A stretch of 64,000 nucleotides of DNA from contig NZ_DATGLN010000170.1 of the NCBI RefSeq assembly GCF_035294165.1, positions 4,227-68,226 on the forward strand, read 5' to 3'. The first letter of the stretch is position 1, and each line of letters opens with the position of its first letter. Made by a program: the position numbers and the translations under genes. The notes under the pieces were generated by a model. It saw only the letters and a program-made list of their open reading frames with translations. It had not been told where the DNA came from and did no database searches. Below, piece by piece: positions 10,534 through 20,435 of this stretch. The DNA is from Chthonomonas sp. (GTDB taxonomy: Bacteria > Armatimonadota > Chthonomonadetes > Chthonomonadales > Chthonomonadaceae).

Positions 10534-13143
10534 ATGCTGTCTCCTCAAGGAAGACGAAGCTTATGGCTTTTGCTTATTTCTGGCCTTATCCTCTACGGAG
10601 ACATGAAGACTATCCCCTACAGTCTATCCTCTACAGTTGCGCAAAATCCCTCTCTGATCCCACCGGTATTGCCGCCTGTGCTCTTTGCTGATAGGGGTGA
10701 CCAAAAGGCTTACCTTTGTTGGAACCCATGTCCAGAGGCTGCCTTCGGCAAAGTAAGAGGATACCGAGTTTTCCAAAAAAGAGGCAAGGACTGGGTAGCT
10801 ATTGCCACTGTTGGTCCTAATCGGACTGAATGGACAGCAACCGGTTTAGATAACGGAAAAACCTATACTTTTGCCGTGGCGGCCCTGCTGCACGATGGAG
10901 CCGAAACGGAGCGTTCCTGCTCTGTAGATGTAAAGCCAACCACCCTTAAACCTCCTACACTACAAACCGAGCCGGTCTCGTTATCGTTCGGCCCTTACCG
11001 TGAGTCGATTTCACATGGAGTTGTTGTTCACTGGGCTGATGGGCAGAGCATTGTTTTCGACGAAGATATTGCCCGTTGGCGCGATTGGCAGGTTGCCGAT
11101 GGGCAGCACCTGCTCTATCCTATCCCTTACGGTAACGGCATTGATATGGTAAAGATGGACGCCCAGGGCTTTCCCACTATGCCACAAAAAACCAAGGACC
11201 ATCCATGGCTCGGTGATGCTTATACAGTAGACTACACCTCGCCCACGCGCGAGCTAGGAGACCGCACGTTTCGGGGGTTGGTCAGCTACCATATAGACGG
11301 GGAAAGGGTGACCTTTGAGAGTTGGTTGCCCATAGAGGATACAGGTTGGACACGCTGGACAGCTATTCGGGTCTGGCAAACCTTTTGGCCTGTGCAGAAG
11401 AAAATAGGGGGAACCCTTTATGTTGGACTGGCTCGCAAAATAGAGGTGTTCGTGCCCTCTTATTTTAAGTGGGGGTATCAGATATGTCTGAACGATGGCT
11501 TTGGTCCAGAGGGGGTTCGCAAAAACGTGAGCCTTTACTATGCCCATTTTCATTCGGCGGGAATTGTAGACTTTTCACCCTCTTGGGATATTACCCAACC
11601 GATGCTAGCCGGAACACCTCGGCGTGGTGGCGGCTATCATGCGGATCTAGGCTGTCTGCAGGCCGTGCCTATGGGCTTTCTCGACTGGGGTAATGGGAAT
11701 CTGATTTTTGCAGTGCGGCAGCTCTATCACTGCGCCCACATCCAATTTGCAAGTTACCCAGAAGAAGGCCATGATGGAGTTTGGCCCAACCTTGCCTTCG
11801 ATTGCGGCGAGGCGGGGCGTCGGTTTGTGGTAGATACGGTCTACTATCTTTATAGCAGTCCGAAAATAAGCCGGGATTTTCCACCGGTACCGCAACGTTA
11901 TACGGATGCACAACTCCATTTTCTATGGCGTAATGCTGAGACTTTTGGCTTTAAGCCTGCCTTCCTAACCGCTTCCGTCTACACAGGAACACTCGATGGT
12001 CAACGATTAGCCAAGGTTGGACTACTTCCTTTCGCTCGGGAGTTGGCCAAAGCGTGGCACCGTAACTCGATAGACGCTTTCGCATTTTGGCACGATTTTT
12101 GGCTTAGCCAACCCTACTCAGTCTCTTCCAAGTACTTGCGCGATCCCAACTATGGAGCGAATAGGGAAATAGCCACCCTGTGTAAACAGCTCAAAGAAGA
12201 TGGCATTCAACCTGTGTTTTGGATGAGAGGGGAACTGCTGACTATGAGCTTGCCTTTAGCGCTTTCGGATCGCTTCTGGGGAGGAGATCCGCGTGCAGAG
12301 GAGTATCAACAGTTTCCCTGTGGAGCACCCTATTTGGAGCAGTTAGGTGCTAAACGAGTTCGTGAGCACGCCATGGAATGGATACGGCGTAACAAGGATG
12401 GGGAATGGCCTAAAGATACCCCCTACGGATGGGTACCTATGAGCATGGCAAGTGGTTGGTTCGATGACCAGCTCTATCCTACGCTTCGCATGGGCCGTCT
12501 GTTAGGGTTTGAGGGGATTTTGGTAGATGGTGGATTCGGTGGGTTAGAAGGAGTTGACTATACGCCTCTTATTGAGGGTAAAACGAAAGAAGCTCTTCCC
12601 TGCCAACCCTATTGGTGGCGTTTCTATCGTACAGCCGCTTGGCTGGGTTATCGTCTTTGGGGAGAGTGTACAACGTCCTGGCTGGGAGGATTTGTGGCCG
12701 GAGCTGGCATTCAGCACGACATGCCCGATCTATGGTGGCTTTCCGTAGGCAATAGCTACGATCGCCCCAGTTTTGTAGACGAACCAGCTTTTGAACATCG
12801 TGCCTTTGAACTAGCGGAAATGAGCCCTGGTGGTACGCTGGACAGGATAGGAGAGGATTTTCTAGTGGCGCTTAGTGAGCATCGGCTCCCTAATTGGAAA
12901 GACCTACCCACCCCGTTCCGTCGGGAATTAGCTACCGCTATGGGGTTCCTCAGAAAGTATGGCCCTCCAAAACGAATCGTCTTTGTGAACCTCCGCCCTG
13001 GTGAAATCAAAAAGTGTACGACACCATCAAATTGGTTTACCGGTTCGCACAATACATCCTTTACCTATCGAGGTTGGCAATGGGACGGTGTAGAGTGGGT
13101 TACTCAAGATGGTCGCCATATTGCCTATCCTAGTACGCCCTAA
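10534..13143 (+). CDS. Exported protein with an N-terminal fibronectin type III domain and a probable glycoside-hydrolase-like catalytic barrel
   Basis: Hydrophobic N-terminus; FN3 signature (L.W...GYRVF...TGLDNGKTYTFAVAA); Trp-rich C-terminal half with GFEGILVDGG. Confidence 0.55.
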   Translation: MLSPQGRRSLWLLLISGLILYGDMKTIPYSLSSTVAQNPSLIPPVLPPVLFADRGDQKAYLCWNPCPEAAFGKVRGYRVFQKRGKDWVAIATVGPNRTEWTATGLDNGKTYTFAVAALLHDGAETERSCSVDVKPTTLKPPTLQTEPVSLSFGPYRESISHGVVVHWADGQSIVFDEDIARWRDWQVADGQHLLYPIPYGNGIDMVKMDAQGFPTMPQKTKDHPWLGDAYTVDYTSPTRELGDRTFRGLVSYHIDGERVTFESWLPIEDTGWTRWTAIRVWQTFWPVQKKIGGTLYVGLARKIEVFVPSYFKWGYQICLNDGFGPEGVRKNVSLYYAHFHSAGIVDFSPSWDITQPMLAGTPRRGGGYHADLGCLQAVPMGFLDWGNGNLIFAVRQLYHCAHIQFASYPEEGHDGVWPNLAFDCGEAGRRFVVDTVYYLYSSPKISRDFPPVPQRYTDAQLHFLWRNAETFGFKPAFLTASVYTGTLDGQRLAKVGLLPFARELAKAWHRNSIDAFAFWHDFWLSQPYSVSSKYLRDPNYGANREIATLCKQLKEDGIQPVFWMRGELLTMSLPLALSDRFWGGDPRAEEYQQFPCGAPYLEQLGAKRVREHAMEWIRRNKDGEWPKDTPYGWVPMSMASGWFDDQLYPTLRMGRLLGFEGILVDGGFGGLEGVDYTPLIEGKTKEALPCQPYWWRFYRTAAWLGYRLWGECTTSWLGGFVAGAGIQHDMPDLWWLSVGNSYDRPSFVDEPAFEHRAFELAEMSPGGTLDRIGEDFLVALSEHRLPNWKDLPTPFRRELATAMGFLRKYGPPKRIVFVNLRPGEIKKCTTPSNWFTGSHNTSFTYRGWQWDGVEWVTQDGRHIAYPSTP

Positions 13144-13159
13144 GGAAAGGAGGATAGAG

Positions 13160-14311
13160 TTGCAGCGTCGGGAGTTTTTAGGTCGGATGGGCCAATGTTT
13201 GATCGGTGCTTATGTGGAAGTCCATAATAAATCTGCGGAAACACGAAAATCCGTGCAACCTGTGCAATTTGTCTCTTGGGGTGGTATTGGCAGTCCCAAT
13301 CGTGTAAAAGGTGCGGCTTCGCTCGGTATAGATACCCATCGACTTCCGCTAAGTCCATGGCCTAATGCACAGGGCGAGTACGATTTTCAAGCAGCCGCTA
13401 TCTATCTACCCTTGCTGAAGCGCTTCGGCCTCAAGACTGTTGTGTCGATCTTCAGCCACGGTGTGCCGGATTGGTTTTGGCAAAAGTATCCTGATACGAA
13501 GCCAAAAAACGCTCAGGGAGAACATGGTACCTGGGCCGGTTCCATCTGGAGCCCACAAGTCCATGTAGAGGTTCTAAAAGGCATTCAAGAGATTATTGCC
13601 TATTTGAGTAGGCACGAACTACTCCATCTGGTGGATGGTGTGGAAGTAGGGGTGGGAATGGAAGGGCAGTTATCCTATCTGTGGGGTTCGTTTTGGGCAT
13701 TCGACCCCTACGCTCTCATGGCCTACCGTTATTTTCTTCGGGGTCGCTTTCCCTCTATAAAGTACCTCAACACGATGTGGGGAACCCGCTATGTAGAGTT
13801 TGCCGATATTTTGCCCCCATTACGCTATGAGCAAACGGCAGCGTGCCGCACGTTTTTAGATTTTTATCGGCAGAGCATTCTGGAAACAGCGGAAGCATGG
13901 AGTGGCGCCGTTGCGACGAGGTTCCAGCCAAAAAGTTGGGTATGGCTCTCCCATTTTATTGCTCCTGACCAGCGGCCCTATGCTGCAAGGTATCCGGAAT
14001 ACTATCTATGCCATCTGCACCGACTTGGGCGTGCCGATGTGGCTATTGTGTCGGTGGTTCCCGGATGGCAAACCCGGCAGGAAGTAGATGGCTTACGCAG
14101 ACTTGGGCTGCGTACAATCGGTGAGTGGGATATCACTCCGACCCCAAACCGACAGTTGCAACAGGCCCAACTTGCATGGGACTTAGGATGCGATGGCCTC
14201 TTCGTCGGTGTGCTTGAGAACTTAATGGATGAACAAGGCCACCTAAATGAGGTAGGCAGTACGACACAACGTATTATTGAACAATGGAGAAGTGGTAAGA
14301 GGCCTGTTTGA
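13160..14311 (+). CDS. Glycoside hydrolase, GH42/GH14-like TIM barrel, possibly Tat-exported
   Basis: TTG start at 13160 after AAGGAGG gives MQRREFLG (twin-Arg-like); GEYDF, HGVPDWFWQKYPD and SIKYLNTMWGT.Y..F..I.PP are typical of GH42 N-terminal domains. Confidence 0.6.
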   Translation: MQRREFLGRMGQCLIGAYVEVHNKSAETRKSVQPVQFVSWGGIGSPNRVKGAASLGIDTHRLPLSPWPNAQGEYDFQAAAIYLPLLKRFGLKTVVSIFSHGVPDWFWQKYPDTKPKNAQGEHGTWAGSIWSPQVHVEVLKGIQEIIAYLSRHELLHLVDGVEVGVGMEGQLSYLWGSFWAFDPYALMAYRYFLRGRFPSIKYLNTMWGTRYVEFADILPPLRYEQTAACRTFLDFYRQSILETAEAWSGAVATRFQPKSWVWLSHFIAPDQRPYAARYPEYYLCHLHRLGRADVAIVSVVPGWQTRQEVDGLRRLGLRTIGEWDITPTPNRQLQQAQLAWDLGCDGLFVGVLENLMDEQGHLNEVGSTTQRIIEQWRSGKRPV

Positions 14312-14767
14312 CTTTTAGCCGTACCGTCGGAGGAACTAACGGTCAGCGAGTAAATAGAAAAGAAGAAGAAATCTCCCGTGAGTTGGGAATGTTGTAAGCG
14401 CTGCGCGCCCAGCATGCGACGGCTTTGCCCTAGCGGCAGAGCCTGCGAACTAGCATGATGTGCACAAAAAGCCTCTTGCCTTTCATTTCTCTTGCGCACA
14501 ATTTTGTGGCAGAAGAAGGTTTGAATTGTCCAGGCAGTGCAGCTAACGGGGTTAAATAGAATCGGCTGTTTGAGTGGTACGTTCGAGTACCTCTTTCTGT
14601 TAGCTGTTAGGGGTGGAGAGTAGTCTAATTTGGGTGATGAGTTTCACATGGGGAGGATGCCCCGTTTTGTTTGCGGTGCCATCTATGTTACATTAAAAGA
14701 AGAGAGGAGGAAACCACACTTCCCCCGCGCGCCTTAGGTCAGCGGGTTTCATGCGTACAATCTTATT

Positions 14768-15220
14768 ATGAAAATATTAGGACTGGATGTTGGAGAAAAA
14801 ACGATAGGGGTTGCTATAAGCGATGAGGAGGGGCGTTGGGCCTTTCCGCTGAAAACTATTATTCGCCAGGAGGGGTGGCGACGCGATATGGCAGCCCTTC
14901 GTGAGTTGATAGCGGCGGAGAAGATCGGGCGGATTGTGGTGGGAATGCCCCTGCAGTTAGACGGACAAAAAGGCGTTCAAGCTCAGAAAGTAGAGGCGTT
15001 TATTGCCATTTTGCGTAGAAATGTGCGTATTCCCATAGAGGTTCTTGATGAACGTCTAACCACAGTGGAGGCGGAGAAGGCTCTGCGTGCTTTGGAGACA
15101 GACCCGATGCGCCGAAAAGAGGTAATAGATGCGAACGCAGCCAGTTTGATTTTGCAGACCTATTTAGACCGTCGGCAGAATAAGCAAAACGAGCCGTTCA
15201 AACCGGAATCGCCGAGATAA
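14768..15220 (+). CDS. yqgF: YqgF/RuvX family pre-16S rRNA nuclease / Holliday junction resolvase-like protein
   Basis: ILGLDVGEKTIGVAISD, IVVGMP, DERLTT, ID..AA.LILQ.YL. Confidence 0.92.
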   Translation: MKILGLDVGEKTIGVAISDEEGRWAFPLKTIIRQEGWRRDMAALRELIAAEKIGRIVVGMPLQLDGQKGVQAQKVEAFIAILRRNVRIPIEVLDERLTTVEAEKALRALETDPMRRKEVIDANAASLILQTYLDRRQNKQNEPFKPESPR

Positions 15221-15408
15221 GAGGTGTGCAGCGAGCCGACCGTGCAGGAAATGTCGTACTTACGCAGATTTGGTTGAAACCATACGCCCGTTGGGTGCTT
15301 CCTTCGCTCTCTCGCTCGTCGAATCGTGTACAATAATAAAAGAGTCTCTGTGGGCTTAGAGCATTTTGCTTATAGGCAAGTGACGAGCGCATTATGATGG
15401 GTGTTTGA

Positions 15409-16041
15409 ATGGCACTATCTGGCAAGCATAAAGGGCGGATGCAGAAAGAGGGTGGGTGTTCGAGGGGAGCCGCAGAAGAGCCGCTGGATGCGAGTATGGA
15501 GATAGGAGAACGAAAAGGGATTTTACGATTTTGTCCTCATCGTTATGTGCGTTCCGTTCTCGATGTCGCCCCTCAAGAGCTATGGGAGCGCGGGTTCAGA
15601 GGGGTTATTTTGGACTTAGATAACACGTTGGTGCGGTGGCAAAAAGAGGAGATCGAGGCCGAGTTGGCGAATTGGATTGAAAGTCTAAAGCAACTAGGTA
15701 TTCGCATCTGTCTGCTCTCCAACTCCCTGCGCACGGGGCGGTCGCAGCGCATTGCCCGCCGTTTTGGCATTGAGGCTGTGGGGTGGGCAAGGAAGCCTTC
15801 GCGGAGCGGGTTCCGACGCGCTTTAGAGGCGCTTGGCACCTCGCCTGCGGAGACGGTGATCATAGGCGACCAGATGTTTACAGACATTTTCGGTGGCAAT
15901 CGCATGGGGTTATACACCATTATGGTGCAGCCGTTGCATCCGCATGAGTTTCTCTACACACGTTTGGTAAGTCGTCCACCGGAGCGGCTGCTTCTATGGT
16001 ACTTTCGGCGTAGAGGGCATTTAAAGGAGGCGCGACTTTAG
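15409..16041 (+). CDS. yqeG: YqeG family HAD-IIIA phosphatase (true start may be a downstream ATG)
   Basis: GVILDLDNTL, LLSN, ARKP, IGDQMFTDIFGGNRMG. Confidence 0.88.
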   Translation: MALSGKHKGRMQKEGGCSRGAAEEPLDASMEIGERKGILRFCPHRYVRSVLDVAPQELWERGFRGVILDLDNTLVRWQKEEIEAELANWIESLKQLGIRICLLSNSLRTGRSQRIARRFGIEAVGWARKPSRSGFRRALEALGTSPAETVIIGDQMFTDIFGGNRMGLYTIMVQPLHPHEFLYTRLVSRPPERLLLWYFRRRGHLKEARL

Positions 16042-16047
16042 GGATTC

Positions 16048-16923
16048 ATGCATGAGATAAGCGGAAAAACGCGGGTGGTAGGGGTGTTCGGTTGGCCGAT
16101 AGAACACAGTTTGTCTCCGGCCATGCACAATGCCGCCTTTGCCGCTTTGGGGCTTTCGTGGGTCTATGTGCCATTCCCGGTGCCTCCGGATGGGCTACAA
16201 AAGGCACTTGCGGCGCTACCCGCCTTAGGGATCGTAGGGGTAAACCTAACGATTCCCCATAAAGAGCGGGCTATAGAATATATGCACGAACTCACCCCCA
16301 TAGCGGAGGCGATTGGTGCTATTAACACGGTGCACTGTCTGCCGGAGGGGCTTTTGGGAGATAACACCGACGGGGAGGGGTTTTTTCGCCCTTTGCAGGA
16401 GCGCCACTATGATGTGGGTGGAAAAGCCGCGCTTCTCGTGGGAGCTGGGGGAGCGGCACGGGCAGTGGCCTACACGTTAGTTCAGAAAGGCATTAAGAAA
16501 TTGACAATCGCAAACCGCACACCGGAGCGTGCCGAACAGCTTGCGGAATGGGTACATGCACGCTGTCCCTTGAGTTGTGAGGTAGAGGCCATAAGCTTAG
16601 ACTGCCGGTCGCGTCTGCGCGCAGTGATGAAAGAGGCCCAGCTTCTGGTAAACTCAACGAGTGTGGGGATGTATCCTCATCACGAGGCCGAGCCGCCGAT
16701 CCCGCCGGAGTGGCTTCAAGCGAATTGTTTAGTGTATGATCTCGTCTATAATCCTATGGAGACACGCCTTTTGCAGGCAGCGCGGGCGCGCGGTTGCGCA
16801 ACCATAGACGGCGTGCAGATGTTGGTATGGCAAGGCGCTGCGGCTTTTGAAAGATGGGTAGGGCAAAGCCCACCGGTGGCAACGATGGAAGCGGCCGTAA
16901 GAGGTAAACTACAGGGAGCCTAG
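16048..16923 (+). CDS. aroE: Shikimate dehydrogenase
   Basis: HSLSPAMHN, GVNLTIPHKE, GAINT, GDNTDG, GAGGAARA, YDLVYNP, MLVWQG. Confidence 0.95.
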   Translation: MHEISGKTRVVGVFGWPIEHSLSPAMHNAAFAALGLSWVYVPFPVPPDGLQKALAALPALGIVGVNLTIPHKERAIEYMHELTPIAEAIGAINTVHCLPEGLLGDNTDGEGFFRPLQERHYDVGGKAALLVGAGGAARAVAYTLVQKGIKKLTIANRTPERAEQLAEWVHARCPLSCEVEAISLDCRSRLRAVMKEAQLLVNSTSVGMYPHHEAEPPIPPEWLQANCLVYDLVYNPMETRLLQAARARGCATIDGVQMLVWQGAAAFERWVGQSPPVATMEAAVRGKLQGA

Positions 16924-17137
16924 AGGCGTAGCCGAAAATAGAACAGATGCTCCTGGTGGTAGGGAACAAAAAAGACTACAAAAGTGTTCTATATAGTTAG
17001 CAAGGTCTGCGTGTCTTTTCGGCCAGTGTTGGCAAAAATGCGTGGTAGCGGAGACGGTTATCCGAAAGCACTCATTATTCGTTCATTAGTAGACCGTTTC
17101 TGCCGAAGGGTGCCTTCGGGCAGCACAAAAAAAGTGC

Positions 17138-17166
17138 TTGCACTCACAGAAAGCTTGTGATATAAT
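17138..17166 (+). promoter_or_regulatory. Near-consensus sigma70 promoter of the pilB operon, with a palindromic spacer
   Basis: TTGCAC-17bp-TATAAT with extended TG; spacer reads TCACA-gaaagct-TGTGA; A-tract upstream. Confidence 0.75.
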
Positions 17167-17284
17167 CGGCGCAGCGTTTGACATCAGTAAACGCAAGCGC
17201 AGTTCTGTGGTGGCTGCGTTCGTCGCAGCGATAGGAAGATAGATAGAAACCAACACGAACTCGCATAGGGTGGAGATAACTACC

Positions 17285-19048
17285 ATGGTAATGGCACGCA
17301 AAAGTATGGGCGACTATATGCTGGAGAAGGGCTATGCCACCCAGAGCCAAATAGAAGAGGCTCGTAAAATCCAGCAGACAACAAAGCAAGACCTTGCGCG
17401 CATTCTCATCGAGATGGGCATTAATCCCGTACACGTCTACGAGGCAAAAGCCCAGGAGATGGGAGTCGCTTTCGTTAACCTCACCACCTACAAACCGGAT
17501 CCGAGCGCAATTAACGTGGTGCCCGACCATGTGGCCAAGGCCCACAATGTGCTGCCGGTGAAAAAAGATGGCCAGGTGCTCTATGTGGCTATGGGCGACG
17601 TGAATAACCTCGAAGTGCAAGACACACTGCGTATGGTCTCACGGTGCCAGATACGGCCGGTTCTCGCCGTGCCCGACCAGATAGAGCAGGCGCTTACCAC
17701 CTATTATGGAGGAGGCGTGTCGGCCAATGCCAACTCGGACGGCGCCAAGCCGAGCACAGAGCTGGTCGACTCGGATGCGCGTTCCGCCATGGCGCAAGCA
17801 ATGGCCGAATATGGCGCCCGTGGCGAGGCCGCTAAAGAGGTGGATGAGGAATCGGACTTGCGTGAGCTGGTGGATCAAGCACCCATTGTTCGCCTGGCGG
17901 CCACCATCTTGCAACAGGCCATTAAAGAGCGTGCCTCCGATATTCATATCGAGCCGGATCGCCGTGGAATTCGCGTGCGTTACCGCATTGATGGCGTGCT
18001 CCATGAGATCATGCAGATGCCCGCCTATCTCAAGCTCCCTCTCGTGGCCCGCTACAAAATCCTGGCCGAAATGAACATCGCCGAACGCCGCGTGCCGCAG
18101 GATGGTCGTATTGCCACACGCTATCAGGGCAAAGAGTACGACCTGCGCGTCTCCTGCTTGCCCAACCTGCACGGTGAGAAGATCGTCATGCGCATCCTCG
18201 ACAAAAACAGCGTGATGATCGGTCTAAACAAACTCGGTTTTTTGCCGGAGGTGCAGGCGCAGCTCGAGGAGCTTGCCTCGCAGCCGAACGGTATGATCCT
18301 CTCCACCGGCCCTACCGGACATGGGAAAACCACTACCCAGTACTCCCTGCTGAACAAATTGAACACAGTGGAGAAGAACATCCTAACGATTGAAGACCCA
18401 GTAGAGTACGTGCTTAGCGGCGTTACGCAGGTGCAGGTCAACCGAAAGGCCGGGCTTACATTTGCCACAGCCCTGCGCGCCTTCCTCCGCCAAGACCCCG
18501 ACATCATCATGGTAGGAGAGATGCGCGACCTCGAAACCGCAGAGATCGCCATTGAGGCTGCTCTTACCGGTCACCTCGTTCTCTCCACGCTGCACACCAA
18601 CGATGCGCCGTCGGCCACCATCCGCCTTATTGACATGGGCGTGGAACCCTTCCTTATCTCGGCAACGGTGATAGGGGTTCTGGCACAGCGCCTCGCACGG
18701 CGCATCTGCAATGAGTGCAAAGAGTTCTATGAGGCGCCGGCCTCCGACCTGAGGAAGTTTGGCTTTAAGGTGGAAGACCCGGCCCAAACCGTGCAGTTGG
18801 CGCGTGGGCGTGGATGTGAGGCCTGCCGCCACACCGGCTATCGAGGGCGTATCGGCATTTACGAGTTGATGCGTCTCAATGCCGAGATCGCCGAAATGAT
18901 CGTGCGCCGCGCCCCTTTGGCCGACCTGAAGGAGGCTGCAAAGGCCAACGGCATGATGGAGTTGCGTGAGGATGGGTTGGCGAAGGTGCTCCAGGGTATT
19001 ACCACTCCTGAAGAGGTGATGCGTACGGTCTTCACGGCAGGCTATTGA
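17285..19048 (+). CDS. pilB: Type IV pilus assembly ATPase PilB (GspE family)
   Basis: MshEN-like N-terminus, ASDIHIEP, RRVPQDG, Walker A GPTGHGKTT, TIEDPVEY, LRQDPDIIMVGEMRD, His box, CxxC...CxxC Zn site; GGAG RBS before ATG 17285. Confidence 0.94.
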   Translation: MVMARKSMGDYMLEKGYATQSQIEEARKIQQTTKQDLARILIEMGINPVHVYEAKAQEMGVAFVNLTTYKPDPSAINVVPDHVAKAHNVLPVKKDGQVLYVAMGDVNNLEVQDTLRMVSRCQIRPVLAVPDQIEQALTTYYGGGVSANANSDGAKPSTELVDSDARSAMAQAMAEYGARGEAAKEVDEESDLRELVDQAPIVRLAATILQQAIKERASDIHIEPDRRGIRVRYRIDGVLHEIMQMPAYLKLPLVARYKILAEMNIAERRVPQDGRIATRYQGKEYDLRVSCLPNLHGEKIVMRILDKNSVMIGLNKLGFLPEVQAQLEELASQPNGMILSTGPTGHGKTTTQYSLLNKLNTVEKNILTIEDPVEYVLSGVTQVQVNRKAGLTFATALRAFLRQDPDIIMVGEMRDLETAEIAIEAALTGHLVLSTLHTNDAPSATIRLIDMGVEPFLISATVIGVLAQRLARRICNECKEFYEAPASDLRKFGFKVEDPAQTVQLARGRGCEACRHTGYRGRIGIYELMRLNAEIAEMIVRRAPLADLKEAAKANGMMELREDGLAKVLQGITTPEEVMRTVFTAGY

Positions 19049-19150
19049 GCCTTCTTGAAGATTTGGTGCGTATACTATTTAGAGAGCGCGCTATGCTTGC
19101 TGCGCTCTCTGAAAAAGCACTCTTTTGAATTCTGAAAGGGTTTTACGGAA

Positions 19151-20425
19151 GTGTCAAATTTGAATCCGCCTAATCGTCCACCCCAACAAGGGACACCACC
19201 GGTGGCCAATCCACTGATGGGCACTCCGACAACCGGAGGAACGCCCCCGCCACCGGTAAGCCCTCCGCCTCAGGCGGTGCAGGTAACAAGCGCACGCCCC
19301 GCACCGCTCGATGACGCACACATAGATGACCTCCTGCGCATCGTTGTAGAGAAGGGAGCCTCCGACCTGCATCTGGCCGTGGGCATCCCGCCTGTCGTGC
19401 GCATAGATGGCGCTCTACAGCCGCTGCCGTTCGAAAAAGTAACCCCGCGCGACTCGCAGCGCCTCGTCTACGAAATCCTCACCGACGAGCAGATACAGCG
19501 CTTTGAGACCGACCTCGAGCTCGACTTTTCGTATCAGATGGCGCGGTCGGCTCGTTTCCGCGTAAACGTGTTTCGAGATAAGGGGAATGTGGCGAGCGCC
19601 TTCCGCCAAATTCCGCAAAAAATTCCTACCATCGAACAGCTCGGACTTCCGTCCGTGCTTATCGAGCTAACGCGCCTACCACGCGGGTTGGTGCTGGTAA
19701 CAGGGCCTACCGGTTCCGGTAAATCCACCACCCTTGCGGCCATGATTGACCGCATCAACTCGGAGCAGAGCCGCCATATCATCACTATCGAGGACCCCAT
19801 CGAGTACCTTCATACGCATAAGTTCAGCATCATAAACCAGCGCGAGGTGGGGCAGGATACGCGCCAGTTCAGCAAGGCTCTGCGTGCCGCTCTGCGCGAA
19901 GACCCCGATGTAATCCTCGTTGGAGAGATGCGTGACCTAGAAACCATGCAGATGGCGGTCTCCGCCGCCGAAACGGGGCACCTGGTGTTTGCAACCCTCC
20001 ACACGAACTCTGCGGCAACCTCGGTGGAACGTATCGTCGACTCGTTCCCGCCAGGCCAGCAGGAGCAGGTGCGTCTGCAGCTCTCTAACAACCTTCAGGC
20101 CATTCTCTGCCAGCAGCTGCTTCCGCGGGCCGGCCAGCCCGGTCGCGTGTGCGCCATGGAGATCATGCGGGCCAGCCCGGCCATTCGCAATCTCATCCGT
20201 GAAAACAAGGCCCACCAGATCACCTCGATGATCCAGACCAGTGGAAGCCTTGGTATGCAGACGATGGATCAAGCTTTGCGCGACCTCTATCTACGCGGCC
20301 TGATTACGCTGGAAGAGGCCATGTCGCGCGCGATGAACCCAACCGAACTCGAAAAGATGATCCGTACCGTCACCATGCCGCAAGGGGGACAACCCGGCGG
20401 CCAGGGCGGTATGAACCGACACTAG
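19151..20425 (+). CDS. pilT: Type IV pilus retraction ATPase PilT
   Basis: ASDLHL, GPTGSGKSTT, LREDPDVILVGEMRD, AAETGHLVFATLH, diagnostic AIRNLIRE, GMQTMDQ. Confidence 0.95.
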   Translation: MSNLNPPNRPPQQGTPPVANPLMGTPTTGGTPPPPVSPPPQAVQVTSARPAPLDDAHIDDLLRIVVEKGASDLHLAVGIPPVVRIDGALQPLPFEKVTPRDSQRLVYEILTDEQIQRFETDLELDFSYQMARSARFRVNVFRDKGNVASAFRQIPQKIPTIEQLGLPSVLIELTRLPRGLVLVTGPTGSGKSTTLAAMIDRINSEQSRHIITIEDPIEYLHTHKFSIINQREVGQDTRQFSKALRAALREDPDVILVGEMRDLETMQMAVSAAETGHLVFATLHTNSAATSVERIVDSFPPGQQEQVRLQLSNNLQAILCQQLLPRAGQPGRVCAMEIMRASPAIRNLIRENKAHQITSMIQTSGSLGMQTMDQALRDLYLRGLITLEEAMSRAMNPTELEKMIRTVTMPQGGQPGGQGGMNRH

Positions 20426-20435
20426 GAGGCTGCTC

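Noticed and set aside
14395-14445. Minus-strand GGGCAAAGCCGTCG as a c-di-GMP-I riboswitch
   Set aside because: Lacks the GAAA tetraloop and the GACGCAAAG/P3 elements, and no gene lies directly downstream on that strand
19081-19110. Hairpin AGAGAGCGC...GCGCTCTCT between pilB and pilT as a terminator
   Set aside because: Large loop and no adjacent U-tract; at most an mRNA-stability element
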